From contig JAJRUT010000077.1 in assembly GCA_024277655.1 (NCBI GenBank), positions 3,867 to 67,866 of the forward strand: a stretch of 64,000 bases of DNA. The letters run 5' to 3'. This stretch comes from Deltaproteobacteria bacterium. GTDB lineage: Bacteria; Desulfobacterota; Desulfobulbia; Desulfobulbales; SURF-16. The translations under genes and the position numbers were made by a program. The notes beneath the pieces were generated by a model that worked only from the letters and a program-made list of their open reading frames with translations, was not told the origin of the DNA and ran no database searches. Numbering within the stretch: position 1 is the first letter of the stretch; every line of letters starts with the position of its first letter. Below are positions 19,395 to 28,870 of the stretch, piece by piece.

Positions 19395-20556
19395 TTCGGT
19401 GTATATCTCCGGGGTGTCCTGTCTGAGTTCCTGCGGTCTGACAACGGTGGATCTGCTGAACGCTATGCAGGGTTTGCCCCAGTGGCCTGGGACAATTCAG
19501 GTTGGCAGGGGCAAACACGATGTCAGCTACGGTGCGCTTTGTGATTTCAGCAAACCCCTGGCCCGCTTTGTTAAACCACTCAAGCGTCGAAAGCTCAGTC
19601 GGTTGTCGCGCCTGGCGGTGACTGCTGCCGGACTTGCCCTGGAGGATGCCGGTCTGGCGAAACCGGATCCTGACTGTGGTGTCGTTTTAGGCACGGCTTT
19701 TGGCTCGACATCCCAGTCGGAACTCTTTTATCTGGATATGCTTAAAGTCGGCGCAGTGAAGGGGAATCCCGGTCTGTTTCCAGAGACGGTGCCAAACAGT
19801 CCTGCCGGGCAGGTGTCGCTTGCCTTTGGGATGCGTGGCCCCAGCACCACGATCTGTCAGCAATCCCTCTCCTCTGAACTTGGTTTAATGACCGCCTTTG
19901 ATCTTATTGCCGATGGTAAGGCGCAGCAGGTGATGGTGATCGGGGTGGAGGAGATGAGTGGTGGTTTGCTCTCCGGTTTATGGAGTTGTGGAGGTCTGCA
20001 GGATGCAGGTTGTGGCGTCAGTCGGCCCCTGAGAAAACGCATGGTTGTTGGTGAGGCGGTGGTGGCAATGCTTCTTGAGTCTTCAGCGGCTTTAGCCCGG
20101 CGTAAGAAGGCAGCTCTGGCTAAGCTTATCTCTGTGCATGCCGCGGGTTCGGCGCGGTGGCCGGCAGCGTATACCGATATTGCCAGATCTGTGCAGCGGG
20201 TGGCTACTTTAACCAAGGTAAATGGTGTTGATTGTGTGATTCCCTCAGGCTCGTTTATTCAGGATGTTGATCAGCAGCATTTAAATACCCTGTTGCAGTT
20301 TTTAGCCAAAGAGACGCCCATGCTGGTTCCTGAATATCATACCGGTGCCCTCTTTGGGGCTGGATTGATTAAACAGGCACTTGGGGTTGCCCTTTTGAAT
20401 CTAGACAACTTTATGGCAAGAGGGGTGGGGTCCTGGGTCGATATGCACTATGATTCCCTGTACCAAGAAAGATTTTCTAAAATATCAAATGTTTACACTT
20501 CAGCCATTACAGCCGGTGGTGGTTGTGCCGGCACAGTCTTACAGCGGATTTCTTAA
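19387..20556 (+). CDS. KS-like partner subunit (chain-length-factor-like)
   Basis: Thiolase-fold-like (TTICQQSLSS aligns with the KS Cys region), but the HGTGT and GHxxGAAG His motifs are not recognisable. RRKLSRLSRL motif is shared with the second half of 37293-39425. The ATG at 19387 overlaps the KS stop (ATGGCTGA). Confidence 0.65.
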   Translation: MADSVYISGVSCLSSCGLTTVDLLNAMQGLPQWPGTIQVGRGKHDVSYGALCDFSKPLARFVKPLKRRKLSRLSRLAVTAAGLALEDAGLAKPDPDCGVVLGTAFGSTSQSELFYLDMLKVGAVKGNPGLFPETVPNSPAGQVSLAFGMRGPSTTICQQSLSSELGLMTAFDLIADGKAQQVMVIGVEEMSGGLLSGLWSCGGLQDAGCGVSRPLRKRMVVGEAVVAMLLESSAALARRKKAALAKLISVHAAGSARWPAAYTDIARSVQRVATLTKVNGVDCVIPSGSFIQDVDQQHLNTLLQFLAKETPMLVPEYHTGALFGAGLIKQALGVALLNLDNFMARGVGSWVDMHYDSLYQERFSKISNVYTSAITAGGGCAGTVLQRIS

Positions 20557-21918
20557 ATGCGGGTATTGCTTGTATCGTTAAATAATGAGCTTTTACCCGA
20601 ACCGGCCTTTCCCCTAGGGCTGGCCATTATTGCCGGTTCCCTTGCCGGAACGGGTCATGGGTATAAGCTTGTTGATCTCTGTTTCACCCCTCCTGAACGT
20701 CTCTTTGCCATGGCACAAGAGTATAATCCTGATGTTATCGGCCTTTCCCTCAGAAATGTCGATAATGTCGCCTATCCAGATACATTGACCTACATTCCCT
20801 ATTACCAGGAGGTTGTTGCCGGGTTGCGGAAAAGTACAACATGTCCCATTATCCTTGGAGGGCCAGGTTACTCCCTGTTTCCCAAGGAACTTCTGGAGGT
20901 GCTTGACTGTGAGTACGGGGTTAGGGGTAGTGGTGAAAAGCTGTTTCCGGAGTTGCTTTGCGCCATCCATGCTCATGATAAGCCACCTGATTCTCAGGGT
21001 ATTTATAGTCTGATTGATGGGGTGGGACGTTGTGGCACGGTAAAATCTGAGGTCATCCAGTCTCGACCAGATCATAGCCAGTTTGATATCCCGGCCTATA
21101 ATCAGGCGGGCGGGATGGTTAATGTGCAGACCAAACGGGGCTGCGCCTTTACCTGTATTTATTGTTCATACCCCGTTCTTGAAGGCAGGGTTCCTGTCAC
21201 CAGACCGATCCCGGAAGTGGTTGATGAATTACGGTTGCACGCGGAGCAGGGGGTGGAGGAGGTCTACTTTGTTGACTCCCTCTTTAATCATCCGGTTGCC
21301 TATGCCAAAGATCTCTGTCGCGCCCTGATTGCCGCAAATCTCCCTTTGAAGTGGACCTGTTACGCCGCGCCCTATCTCTTTGATCAGGAAATTGCTGATC
21401 TTTTCGCTGCAAGTGGTTGCCTTGGCGTTGAATTTGGTACTGATTGTCTGTCGGAACCCATGCTTAAAAGTATGGGCAAGGTGTTTTCTGTAAAAGACGT
21501 GCAGGATGCCAGTGACCATTGCCGTAAAGCTGGTCTTGCCTTTTGCCATGCTCTGCTTCTTGGTGGGCCTGGGGAAACATGGGATACGGTTCAGGAAACG
21601 GTGGATAATGCCACAGCAACGGAGCCAACCGCAGTTATTTTTATGACAGGCTTGAGGATTATTCCCAATACAAAACTCTATGATATTAGTCTCAATGAAG
21701 GTGTTGTTACTCCTGAAACAAATATGCTTGAACCCCAGTTTTATCTCTCCAAGGCCTTGACCGATCTGACTCAAAATGTAAATAAGTTGTCACGTATTCA
21801 CAAGACCTGGATTTTTCCCGGTCATTCCATCAGATGCTCTGTGCATCTTGCAGATTATTTACGTAAACGAGGCGCACGCGGACCATTATGGTTACACATG
21901 GCAAAGAAAAACCTGTAA
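20557..21918 (+). CDS. B12-binding domain radical SAM protein (453 aa, distinct subtype)
   Basis: TKRGCAFTCIYCSY. N-terminal MRVLLVSLN...VIGLSLRN...ILGGPGYS. Confidence 0.8.
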   Translation: MRVLLVSLNNELLPEPAFPLGLAIIAGSLAGTGHGYKLVDLCFTPPERLFAMAQEYNPDVIGLSLRNVDNVAYPDTLTYIPYYQEVVAGLRKSTTCPIILGGPGYSLFPKELLEVLDCEYGVRGSGEKLFPELLCAIHAHDKPPDSQGIYSLIDGVGRCGTVKSEVIQSRPDHSQFDIPAYNQAGGMVNVQTKRGCAFTCIYCSYPVLEGRVPVTRPIPEVVDELRLHAEQGVEEVYFVDSLFNHPVAYAKDLCRALIAANLPLKWTCYAAPYLFDQEIADLFAASGCLGVEFGTDCLSEPMLKSMGKVFSVKDVQDASDHCRKAGLAFCHALLLGGPGETWDTVQETVDNATATEPTAVIFMTGLRIIPNTKLYDISLNEGVVTPETNMLEPQFYLSKALTDLTQNVNKLSRIHKTWIFPGHSIRCSVHLADYLRKRGARGPLWLHMAKKNL

Positions 21919-22757
21919 CATGTCCGGTTTGTGGTGCAGCTCGGCCACCATTTTTCTACATGGAAAATGGCTACGACTATTATAAATGTGAGGCGTGTTC
22001 CCTGCTCTTTCTCTATCCCGTGCCAACTCAGGAGAATTTGCATGACCATTATCAGGAGTATCTGCCGGTGGACCCCAAGCTTGTTGATGCTTGGGGGTAT
22101 GAGATGGAACCGGTTATTGCCAGTTCCGTTCATTTTTTAGCCAGTCAATGTGCAGTTCCGGGCAGGCTTCTTGACATTGGCTGCGGTTATGGATTTTTCC
22201 TTGAGGCTATGCAGGTTTGCGGTTGGGAGGTGGAGGGTATTGAGTTGTCAAAACCTGCTGCTGATATTGCTAGATCTAAAAAATGTGGACTGATTCATGC
22301 CCGCGCCGTTGAAGAGATGCACGATATGGCCCCCTTTGATGTGATCACCATGTTCTATGTTATCGAGCATGTCGCCGATCCGCTGGCGATCCTAAAAGCT
22401 GTACGCAGGCTGCTTAAGCCAAACGGTATCTTGGTGCTCCGTTACCCAAATACCAGTCCCCTGTTGGCCTTTTCCCGGACTCTTGGCCGCAAACTTGCCC
22501 TGATGCAGGCACCATCTCATCTTTATGACTACGCTGGTGACTCCATGCAGCGGATTATGGTGGAGGCTGGATATGGTTCCATTCAGACCACCATTGATGC
22601 CAACACCCGTTCCCCTCATCCTGTGAAACGTTTTATCTCCTGCAAGATGGGTAAGGTGCCCGTGTGGCTTGCCCGCCTTTCAAAGAATAGACTCCTGTTT
22701 CCAGGTTATAGTAGGGTGACCTATGGCGCGGTGCAAGAGGGCCGTTTCAGGCTGTAG
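21888..22757 (+). CDS. Class I SAM-dependent methyltransferase with N-terminal zinc ribbon
   Basis: CPVCG...CEAC, then motif I LLDIGCGYGFF. Confidence 0.75.
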   Translation: MVTHGKEKPVTCPVCGAARPPFFYMENGYDYYKCEACSLLFLYPVPTQENLHDHYQEYLPVDPKLVDAWGYEMEPVIASSVHFLASQCAVPGRLLDIGCGYGFFLEAMQVCGWEVEGIELSKPAADIARSKKCGLIHARAVEEMHDMAPFDVITMFYVIEHVADPLAILKAVRRLLKPNGILVLRYPNTSPLLAFSRTLGRKLALMQAPSHLYDYAGDSMQRIMVEAGYGSIQTTIDANTRSPHPVKRFISCKMGKVPVWLARLSKNRLLFPGYSRVTYGAVQEGRFRL

Positions 22758-22999
22758 ACCACGCACACTGACCGTAGTTTCTCTCCGCTTATTCTCTCTA
22801 GAGCTGTTTCTTGTCGTTGATCTGTCCCCGCATATATCCCACCCGGTACTTAATTAAATTATCTTACTCGTTTAAGTTGTCGTTCCACCGGTGTTGTCGC
22901 GTTCTTTGCGGTTTTCTGGTTAGCAATGGGCCTTTGCAAAGAAGGCTCTTTTTTGGCATTTTCCGGTGGAATGCTGTCCACTCGACAGCCAATATTTTA

Positions 23000-23054
23000 T
23001 TGACAATTTTGTGTAGAAATGAGATACTGCGGAGCTAGTACCACAGCGTGATAT
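23000..23054 (+). promoter_or_regulatory. Sigma70-type promoter plus conserved downstream motif
   Basis: TTGACA (23000-23005), 17-nt spacer, GATACT (23023-23028), followed by GTACCACAGCGTGATAT (23038-23054). The whole block resembles 25098-25176. Confidence 0.45.
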
Positions 23055-23279
23055 CTCTTGGCTTGGGTGTTCCTGGTGTTTAACAGAGGTGATCTTTGTA
23101 AATCCAGAGAAAACCAGATGCGGGAAAGGGGGAGAGTGCCTAGGCGTATTACAAGCTTGTCGGGACTTTATGGGTCAGGAAAACAGAGTGAAACTGGTTG
23201 GCTGAGAGAAAATAGTGATGCCTGGTCTGGGTCAGTATCTTTATTCTAACTTTTAATCAGGGTAACCCAGGGAATATAT

Positions 23280-25025
23280 ATGACAGATGGTTCACTTGAA
23301 CAACGTGTTGATATTTTAGAACAGGAAGTCCATGCCATACACGGCCACCTTGACACCCTGGTCAAGCAACTGCAGACCACGCAACCCCCGCAACGGTCAA
23401 ACAATAATAAAAAAGAAACTGCCAGCACGCCGGTTATCAGCTCAGACCAGCTCTGGTCATGGGTGGGAAAATCGTCCATTTTGCCACGGATTGCAACCAT
23501 ATGCTTTATTATGGTCTTTGCCCTCATTCTCCGGACATTAACGGATAATAATATAATAGGTTTACAGCTGGGTTCCTTTGTTGGAATAGGCTACGCCGCT
23601 ATTCTTGTTGGTTGGGGGGCAAAACTCCTGGCGCAACAGAGCAGGCTTGCCACCGTGTTTTTGGTCTGTGGCCTGCTACTCATGTATAGCGTTACCCTCG
23701 AGTCCTATGTTCGGTTTGTTTCTATTTCCGCGCAATCAGTTTACCTCATCCTGTTTATCCTTTTGCTCGTAACGTGTTTTGTTGGTATTCGTTTTAAACA
23801 TGCCAGCCTGAATGCTGTGTCCATCTTCAGTGCCTGTCTTGTGGCATCTGTCATAGATTTTCCGACCCCTTGTTTTGTCTCCTTGATCTACCTGCTCCTT
23901 GTGGGAAATGTTTTGGCCTTTATGTCGGCCAAAAAACTTGGGCGAGGTGAATTTAGTCGTCTTGCTATCTTTCTTTTGACTATATCTGTCTGGGTTCTGT
24001 GGACCTGTAGGCTACAGGTAGCTCTGAGCAAGGGGCTGGAAAACTCCCTGTATTTATCCGCGCCCTGGTTTTTCCCCAGCATATTCCTGTTTATGGCCAT
24101 TTTTATGGCCATGTCGGCCTATATGGCCTGGAAGAGGCAGTCCTCTGTCTTTGACCTGATTCTGCCAACCTTCAATGTTCTGTGGGGCTATTTGCTGGCA
24201 CTTGCTGTGGTCAAGGATGCTGGCTATCCTCAGGTTCTGCTTGGTTGTGCTGGCCTTCTTTTTGCGCTCATCCACCTTGTTTTTGCAACATACCTGTTCA
24301 GGCAGAACGAGAAGATGGCAAGTGTCAGTTTTACCGTGGCCGGACTTATTGTTTTTATGCTGGCATCACCTCTGGCCCTAGGCAATATCCTGCCAGCCCT
24401 GCTACTCTGGTCTATCCTGGCCTTTGTTTTGGGAAGATTTGCTCAGTCAGTACAAGCCGGTAATTTTAGGGTCTTGTCTTACCTTCTACAGGTGTCAGCC
24501 TGTTTGACGGGTTTAATCTCTGGGGATTTTCTGCCCTCTGCATCCCAACCTTTTTTGACGCTTACCGTAACCGGTATTATTGCCGGACTGAGTGGTTGGC
24601 AATTTCTATGGTGCAGGAGAAAACAGGGATCTGATGTCGTTGAACTCCAAGAAGGGAGGCAAGGGGGAGATCGCAGTGCTGTACTTTTACTGGCAACCAG
24701 TCTGATATCCGGCTTCTTCACCTTGCATCTCCTGGCCTTTCAAATCGTTGGCATCTTTTCGGCCGATCCGGTCAACACCTTGAAGGGAGTACAGTCAGTT
24801 ATTATTAACACAGGGGCCATATTCCTGCTCTTTATGGCAATGCCAAGCAGAAATAAAGAGATCCTCTGGATTGCTGTGGTTGTTATCATTATTGGTGCCT
24901 TTAAGGTGTTTGGTTATGATCTGTTTAAGACAAGCGGTATACCCCTTGTGCTCAGTGTTCTCTCCTTTGGAGCAGTGGCTGCGGTTGGCTCAGTACTTCT
25001 GAGCCGCTGGTCGCGAACCGGTTGA
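23280..25025 (+). CDS. Polytopic membrane protein, DUF2339-like
   Basis: 581 aa. N-terminal coiled-coil LEQRVDILEQEVHAIHGHLDTLVKQLQ, then a low-complexity linker and more than 12 hydrophobic helices. Confidence 0.5.
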   Translation: MTDGSLEQRVDILEQEVHAIHGHLDTLVKQLQTTQPPQRSNNNKKETASTPVISSDQLWSWVGKSSILPRIATICFIMVFALILRTLTDNNIIGLQLGSFVGIGYAAILVGWGAKLLAQQSRLATVFLVCGLLLMYSVTLESYVRFVSISAQSVYLILFILLLVTCFVGIRFKHASLNAVSIFSACLVASVIDFPTPCFVSLIYLLLVGNVLAFMSAKKLGRGEFSRLAIFLLTISVWVLWTCRLQVALSKGLENSLYLSAPWFFPSIFLFMAIFMAMSAYMAWKRQSSVFDLILPTFNVLWGYLLALAVVKDAGYPQVLLGCAGLLFALIHLVFATYLFRQNEKMASVSFTVAGLIVFMLASPLALGNILPALLLWSILAFVLGRFAQSVQAGNFRVLSYLLQVSACLTGLISGDFLPSASQPFLTLTVTGIIAGLSGWQFLWCRRKQGSDVVELQEGRQGGDRSAVLLLATSLISGFFTLHLLAFQIVGIFSADPVNTLKGVQSVIINTGAIFLLFMAMPSRNKEILWIAVVVIIIGAFKVFGYDLFKTSGIPLVLSVLSFGAVAAVGSVLLSRWSRTG

Positions 25026-25109
25026 TACCCTACCCATGGAGAGGTTTTGGGAATAGTTACTAAGGTATTTAAAACTCTCACGTTTTTGTTCTTTTTGCCA
25101 ATATTCTGT

Positions 25110-25138
25110 TTGACAGTTATAGCAAAAATGTGTAGATA
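25110..25138 (+). promoter_or_regulatory. Sigma70-type promoter of the cytochrome/FeS/NrfD operon
   Basis: TTGACA (25110-25115), 17-nt spacer, TAGATA (25133-25138), preceded by GCCAATATT as at 22988. Confidence 0.4.
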
Positions 25139-25155
25139 CTCCAGTGCTAAACCAC

Positions 25156-25212
25156 GGGAGTGCCACAGTGTGGTATATGTGTCTATGCTAGGGGAGTGCT
25201 ACAATGTGGTAT
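25156..25212 (+). promoter_or_regulatory. Two 21-bp direct repeats containing a pseudo-palindrome (candidate operator)
   Basis: GGGAGTGCCACAGTGTGGTAT (25156-25176) and GGGAGTGCTACAATGTGGTAT (25192-25212), 36 bp apart. The core TGCCACA-G-TGTGGTA is an imperfect palindrome. Confidence 0.5.
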
Positions 25213-25348
25213 GTAAAATTTAGACATCTTTTTAGGTGGTATATCCGTACGATATGAGACCTCGAAAGGAACGATAAGTTTTGCACATGTACGATTTCAA
25301 CGTATACACTCATTATTTTATGCAATATGCAAAACAAGGAGTACATTT

Positions 25349-25819
25349 ATGAAAAATCATGTATTGCGGCCTATTATGGTTGCGATCGCAGCAGTAGCTC
25401 TGTTGTTGACGGCAAGAAGTATTTATGTGCCAGATGACTTTGGAGTTCATGGGAAAAACTTCACCTTTGGCTTTTATCGGGAGAGTAATGTCGATGAATG
25501 GAAGGCTATGCCAGCAAAGTACAAAGGGAAGCAGTATTGTGCAGAGTGCCATGATGAGCAGTATGACAGCATTACAGCCTCTAAGCATAAAATCATCCAA
25601 TGCGAAAATTGTCACGGTCCAGCTCTTAATCATCCTGACGAGCCTGAGGCTCTGACAATTGACAGAAGTCGTGGCCTTTGTCTCAGGTGTCACGCAGATC
25701 TACCATACCCGAATACTCTTCGGGCTGAACTTCCAGGTATCGACCCGGTTGAACATAATGCGGGTTCCGAATGCAGTGAATGTCATAACCCACATAAGCC
25801 ATCTCTGGAGGACATGTAA
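25349..25819 (+). CDS. Membrane-anchored tetraheme cytochrome c
   Basis: Four CXXCH motifs (CAECH, CENCH, CLRCH, CSECH) and an N-terminal hydrophobic helix. Confidence 0.85.
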   Translation: MKNHVLRPIMVAIAAVALLLTARSIYVPDDFGVHGKNFTFGFYRESNVDEWKAMPAKYKGKQYCAECHDEQYDSITASKHKIIQCENCHGPALNHPDEPEALTIDRSRGLCLRCHADLPYPNTLRAELPGIDPVEHNAGSECSECHNPHKPSLEDM

Positions 25820-25821
25820 TC

Positions 25822-26607
25822 ATGACTATTTCACGTAGAAACCTGCTCAAGAAAACCCTTGTTGGCACAGCAGTTGCAGCTCTTCCTGCTTTGCCACTTG
25901 GTGCCATTAAATTCCTCTCGCCTGCCGAGGCAAAGGCGGCTGTGAGCGAATCCAAGACCCGTTATGCCTTCTTGGTTGATACAAACAAATGTGTTGGCTG
26001 TGGTTTTTGTGTCAAGGCCTGTAAAAAGGAAAATGACGTTCCCTATGATTCACCGGTAACCAGGACCTGGGTTGAACGATACCTTATCACCAAAGATGGC
26101 AAATCCCATATCGATTCCCCTAAGGGGGCTCGTGATGGTTTCACCTCCCAGCTTCAGGAAAATCAACACGAAACGGTTGATCCTAAAGAGATTGATAAGG
26201 CATTCTTTGTTCCTAAGCTTTGCAACCAGTGTGAAAGCCCGGCATGTGTGCAGGTTTGCCCCGTTGGGGCAACATATCAAACCAATGATGGTGTTGTTCT
26301 CATTGACAGAACATGGTGTATCGGCTGTGGTTATTGCATTATGGCCTGTCCTTATGGTGTGCGTTATTTTCACCCTAAGTATAAGGTCGCCGATAAATGT
26401 ACCTTCTGTTATCACCGCCTTGCCAAAGGCTTGAAAACAGCATGTGTTGATGCCTGTTCTTTCGGAGCACGTCAGGTCTGTGATCTGAAAAATCCTGAAG
26501 ATCCCGCCACAAAAATTATTTTGACTGAACGAGTAGCTGTCCTAAAAGACGAGTATGGCACAAAGCCCCACGTCTTTTATCTCGGACTCGATAGGAATGT
26601 GAGGTAA
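25822..26607 (+). CDS. Tat-exported 4Fe-4S ferredoxin-type subunit (NrfC/PsrB/DsrO family)
   Basis: Twin-arginine signal SRRNLLK. Multiple CxxCxxCxxxC(P) clusters (CVGCGFCVKAC, CNQCESPACVQVCP, CIGCGYCIMACP). Confidence 0.85.
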   Translation: MTISRRNLLKKTLVGTAVAALPALPLGAIKFLSPAEAKAAVSESKTRYAFLVDTNKCVGCGFCVKACKKENDVPYDSPVTRTWVERYLITKDGKSHIDSPKGARDGFTSQLQENQHETVDPKEIDKAFFVPKLCNQCESPACVQVCPVGATYQTNDGVVLIDRTWCIGCGYCIMACPYGVRYFHPKYKVADKCTFCYHRLAKGLKTACVDACSFGARQVCDLKNPEDPATKIILTERVAVLKDEYGTKPHVFYLGLDRNVR

Positions 26608-26610
26608 GCA

Positions 26611-27858
26611 ATGAATGAACAATTAATAACCCACGGTGCTGATTGGACAATCAAACACCTTTTTGTCTATCCAAATGAGTTTATTTACTGGGGGCTCACC
26701 ATTGTGATGTACCCCTACATGACGGGACTCGTTGCTGGAGCCTTTGTTTTGTCATCGCTCTATCATGTTTTTGGTCAAGACGATCTCAAGGATTTGGCAA
26801 AGTTTGCCCTTGTTTTTTCCCTGGCACTCCTGCCGGTTGCCATGATGCCGCTTATGCTGCATCTCCAGCAACCGTTTCGGGGTATACATGTCATGTTTAC
26901 GCCGCATTTCACCTCAGCCATTGCCGCGTTCGGTATTGTCTTTTCGACCTACGCCATGATTGTTCTCAGTGAAATCTGGTTTGTGTACAGAAAATACTTT
27001 GTTGAGCAGGTACATGCTTTAAAGGACAGCGACAGCCGTGTTCTGCGAATGAAACGTCTGGTGTATGTGGTTTTGTCCCTTGGTGCCTTTGACCTTAGTG
27101 ACGAGGCTATCGCCAAGGATAAAAAAGCCGTTACCATCCTTGCTGCAATTGGTATTCCTGTGGCCTGTTTTCTCCACGGCTATGCCGGGTTTATCTTTGG
27201 CTCGGTCAAGGCTAACGCCCTGTGGATGTCGCCACTTATGCCGGTCATTTTTATCATGTCCGCCATTGTCTCGGGTATTGCCCTGTGTATGTTGACCTAT
27301 ATCATCATCATGGAATGGAAGAAATTCTCCACTACCCTGGCCCGTGGCCGCGGGGATGACAGTGTCAAGATTATTGCCGGTGTCGAACTTGATGTTATCA
27401 AGAAGGCCACCCGTTATCTTATTGGCTTTCTTATTGCTGCCATTACCCTGGAGCTTCTTGATCTCATCTTCCGTGGCTACACCGCGATGAAATCATGGGA
27501 TATCCTTAGAGAGGTTATGTACAAGGAAGACTTCTTTAAGATTTTCATCCTGCAATACGGTTTTGGTAACCTGTTGCCATTCCTGATGCTGATGATCCCA
27601 GGGGCCAAGATTAAACGTACGGCAATTGCCCTGGCACTCATCCTCTTCGGTGTATTTATGATGCGTTGGAATGTTGTTATTGGTGGTCAGGCGTTCTCTT
27701 TATCCTTTGCCGGATTCATGGATTACGACGTGCCATTTATTCCCCATCATCTAGAGTTGTACAAGGAAGGTATTTTGGGTGCTCTTACCGTAGCAGCTAC
27801 GCCTTTCTGTCTCTTTTATATCATTAACAAGTTTGTTCCATCACTCAAACGAAGTTAA
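26611..27858 (+). CDS. NrfD/PsrC/DsrP-family integral membrane quinone-interacting subunit
   Basis: 415 aa with about 10 hydrophobic helices. It follows the FeS subunit directly, which is the typical NrfCD gene order. Confidence 0.7.
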   Translation: MNEQLITHGADWTIKHLFVYPNEFIYWGLTIVMYPYMTGLVAGAFVLSSLYHVFGQDDLKDLAKFALVFSLALLPVAMMPLMLHLQQPFRGIHVMFTPHFTSAIAAFGIVFSTYAMIVLSEIWFVYRKYFVEQVHALKDSDSRVLRMKRLVYVVLSLGAFDLSDEAIAKDKKAVTILAAIGIPVACFLHGYAGFIFGSVKANALWMSPLMPVIFIMSAIVSGIALCMLTYIIIMEWKKFSTTLARGRGDDSVKIIAGVELDVIKKATRYLIGFLIAAITLELLDLIFRGYTAMKSWDILREVMYKEDFFKIFILQYGFGNLLPFLMLMIPGAKIKRTAIALALILFGVFMMRWNVVIGGQAFSLSFAGFMDYDVPFIPHHLELYKEGILGALTVAATPFCLFYIINKFVPSLKRS

Positions 27859-27910
27859 TTTTATATACTTTGGCTTGCGATAGCGGAAACGGAGCCAAAG
27901 TCTCTCCCTG

Positions 27911-27946
27911 GGCCCCACAGGATTTATCCTGTGGGGCCTTTTTTTT
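27911..27946 (+). terminator. Rho-independent terminator
   Basis: GGCCCCACAGGA-TTT-ATCCTGTGGGGCC followed by TTTTTTTT, 50 nt after the NrfD stop. Confidence 0.85.
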
Positions 27947-28429
27947 ATCTAAATGACTCAAAAGTGCCTTGGGTTACGACCTGTCTAAAATGGCTAAGAT
28001 GTGATTACGAAGAGGTTAGGGCGGGTAAAAATATTGCTTGTTCCGGTTTAGTTTAGGGGGTTTGCGTGGTTTTTATAAACAACATGTGGGGCTTGGTGTG
28101 GGGGAACAGAAGAGGTTTAGTCCTCTCTATCTTTCTGGGGTAGATTGTCATGGGGTGAGAGTAGGTGACTATCTCTCACTGGGGAAGTTATACAGGCGAT
28201 GCTGGCTGGTTTTACAGCGGTATCTTGGACCAGTAGTACCGTGTAAAGTTTAAACATTCGTGGTGACAAAAAGAGATATAACGGTGCGAAAAATCAAGTA
28301 TTACATTGCACTGGGAGTCTGTCGGATTTAGAGAATCGTAGCAACTTCTAATATCTGCTTAAACTGTACTTTGCTTTAGGGGCAGGTACTGAGACGATTT
28401 CCCTGCTTGTCTTTGCTTGCTTCTGGTGC

Positions 28430-28870
28430 CTAAGGTTTATGGTTATTGCTCAGCCATTTTTCAAGGAGGAGGTACGCCTGTTTGTATTGGCTCTCCGCCT
28501 CCTCCATCTGCTGTTGTGATTCATAGAATTCAGCTAGGGCGTAATGCAATTCATAGCTGTCTGGGTGATCGCCAAGAAGAATTTTAATGTCGTTTATGGC
28601 CTCTTCGGCTAGACCTTTTTTGAATTTGACCTGGGCCAGGCAGGTTTTAGCCTTGACGGTCTCAGGTTTGCCAGACAGACCCTTGATGAGTTCCTCTTCG
28701 GCCTCTTGCAGTTGGTTTTTTTCAAGGTAAAGGCAACCAAGCTCAATCCGCGCCTGGCACAGCTTGGGGTTATAAGCCAGGGCTTGCTGGAGTTCGTCAA
28801 TGGCCGTATCGGTCTGGCCGCGCTGAAGTAAAACAAGGGCAAAGTTGAAACGACGGTTACCGGCAAGCTC
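28430..28870 (-). other. TPR-repeat coding region with no start codon, in frame with the upstream redoxin ORF across one TAA
   Basis: Hand translation: ELAGNRRFNFALVLLQRGQTDTAIDELQQALAYNPKLCQARIELGCLYLEKNQLQEAEEELIKGL...ALAEFYESQQQMEEAESQYKQAYLLLEKWLSNNHKP*. These are TPR-like 34-aa repeats. It starts immediately after the TAA at 28871-28873. Confidence 0.65.
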
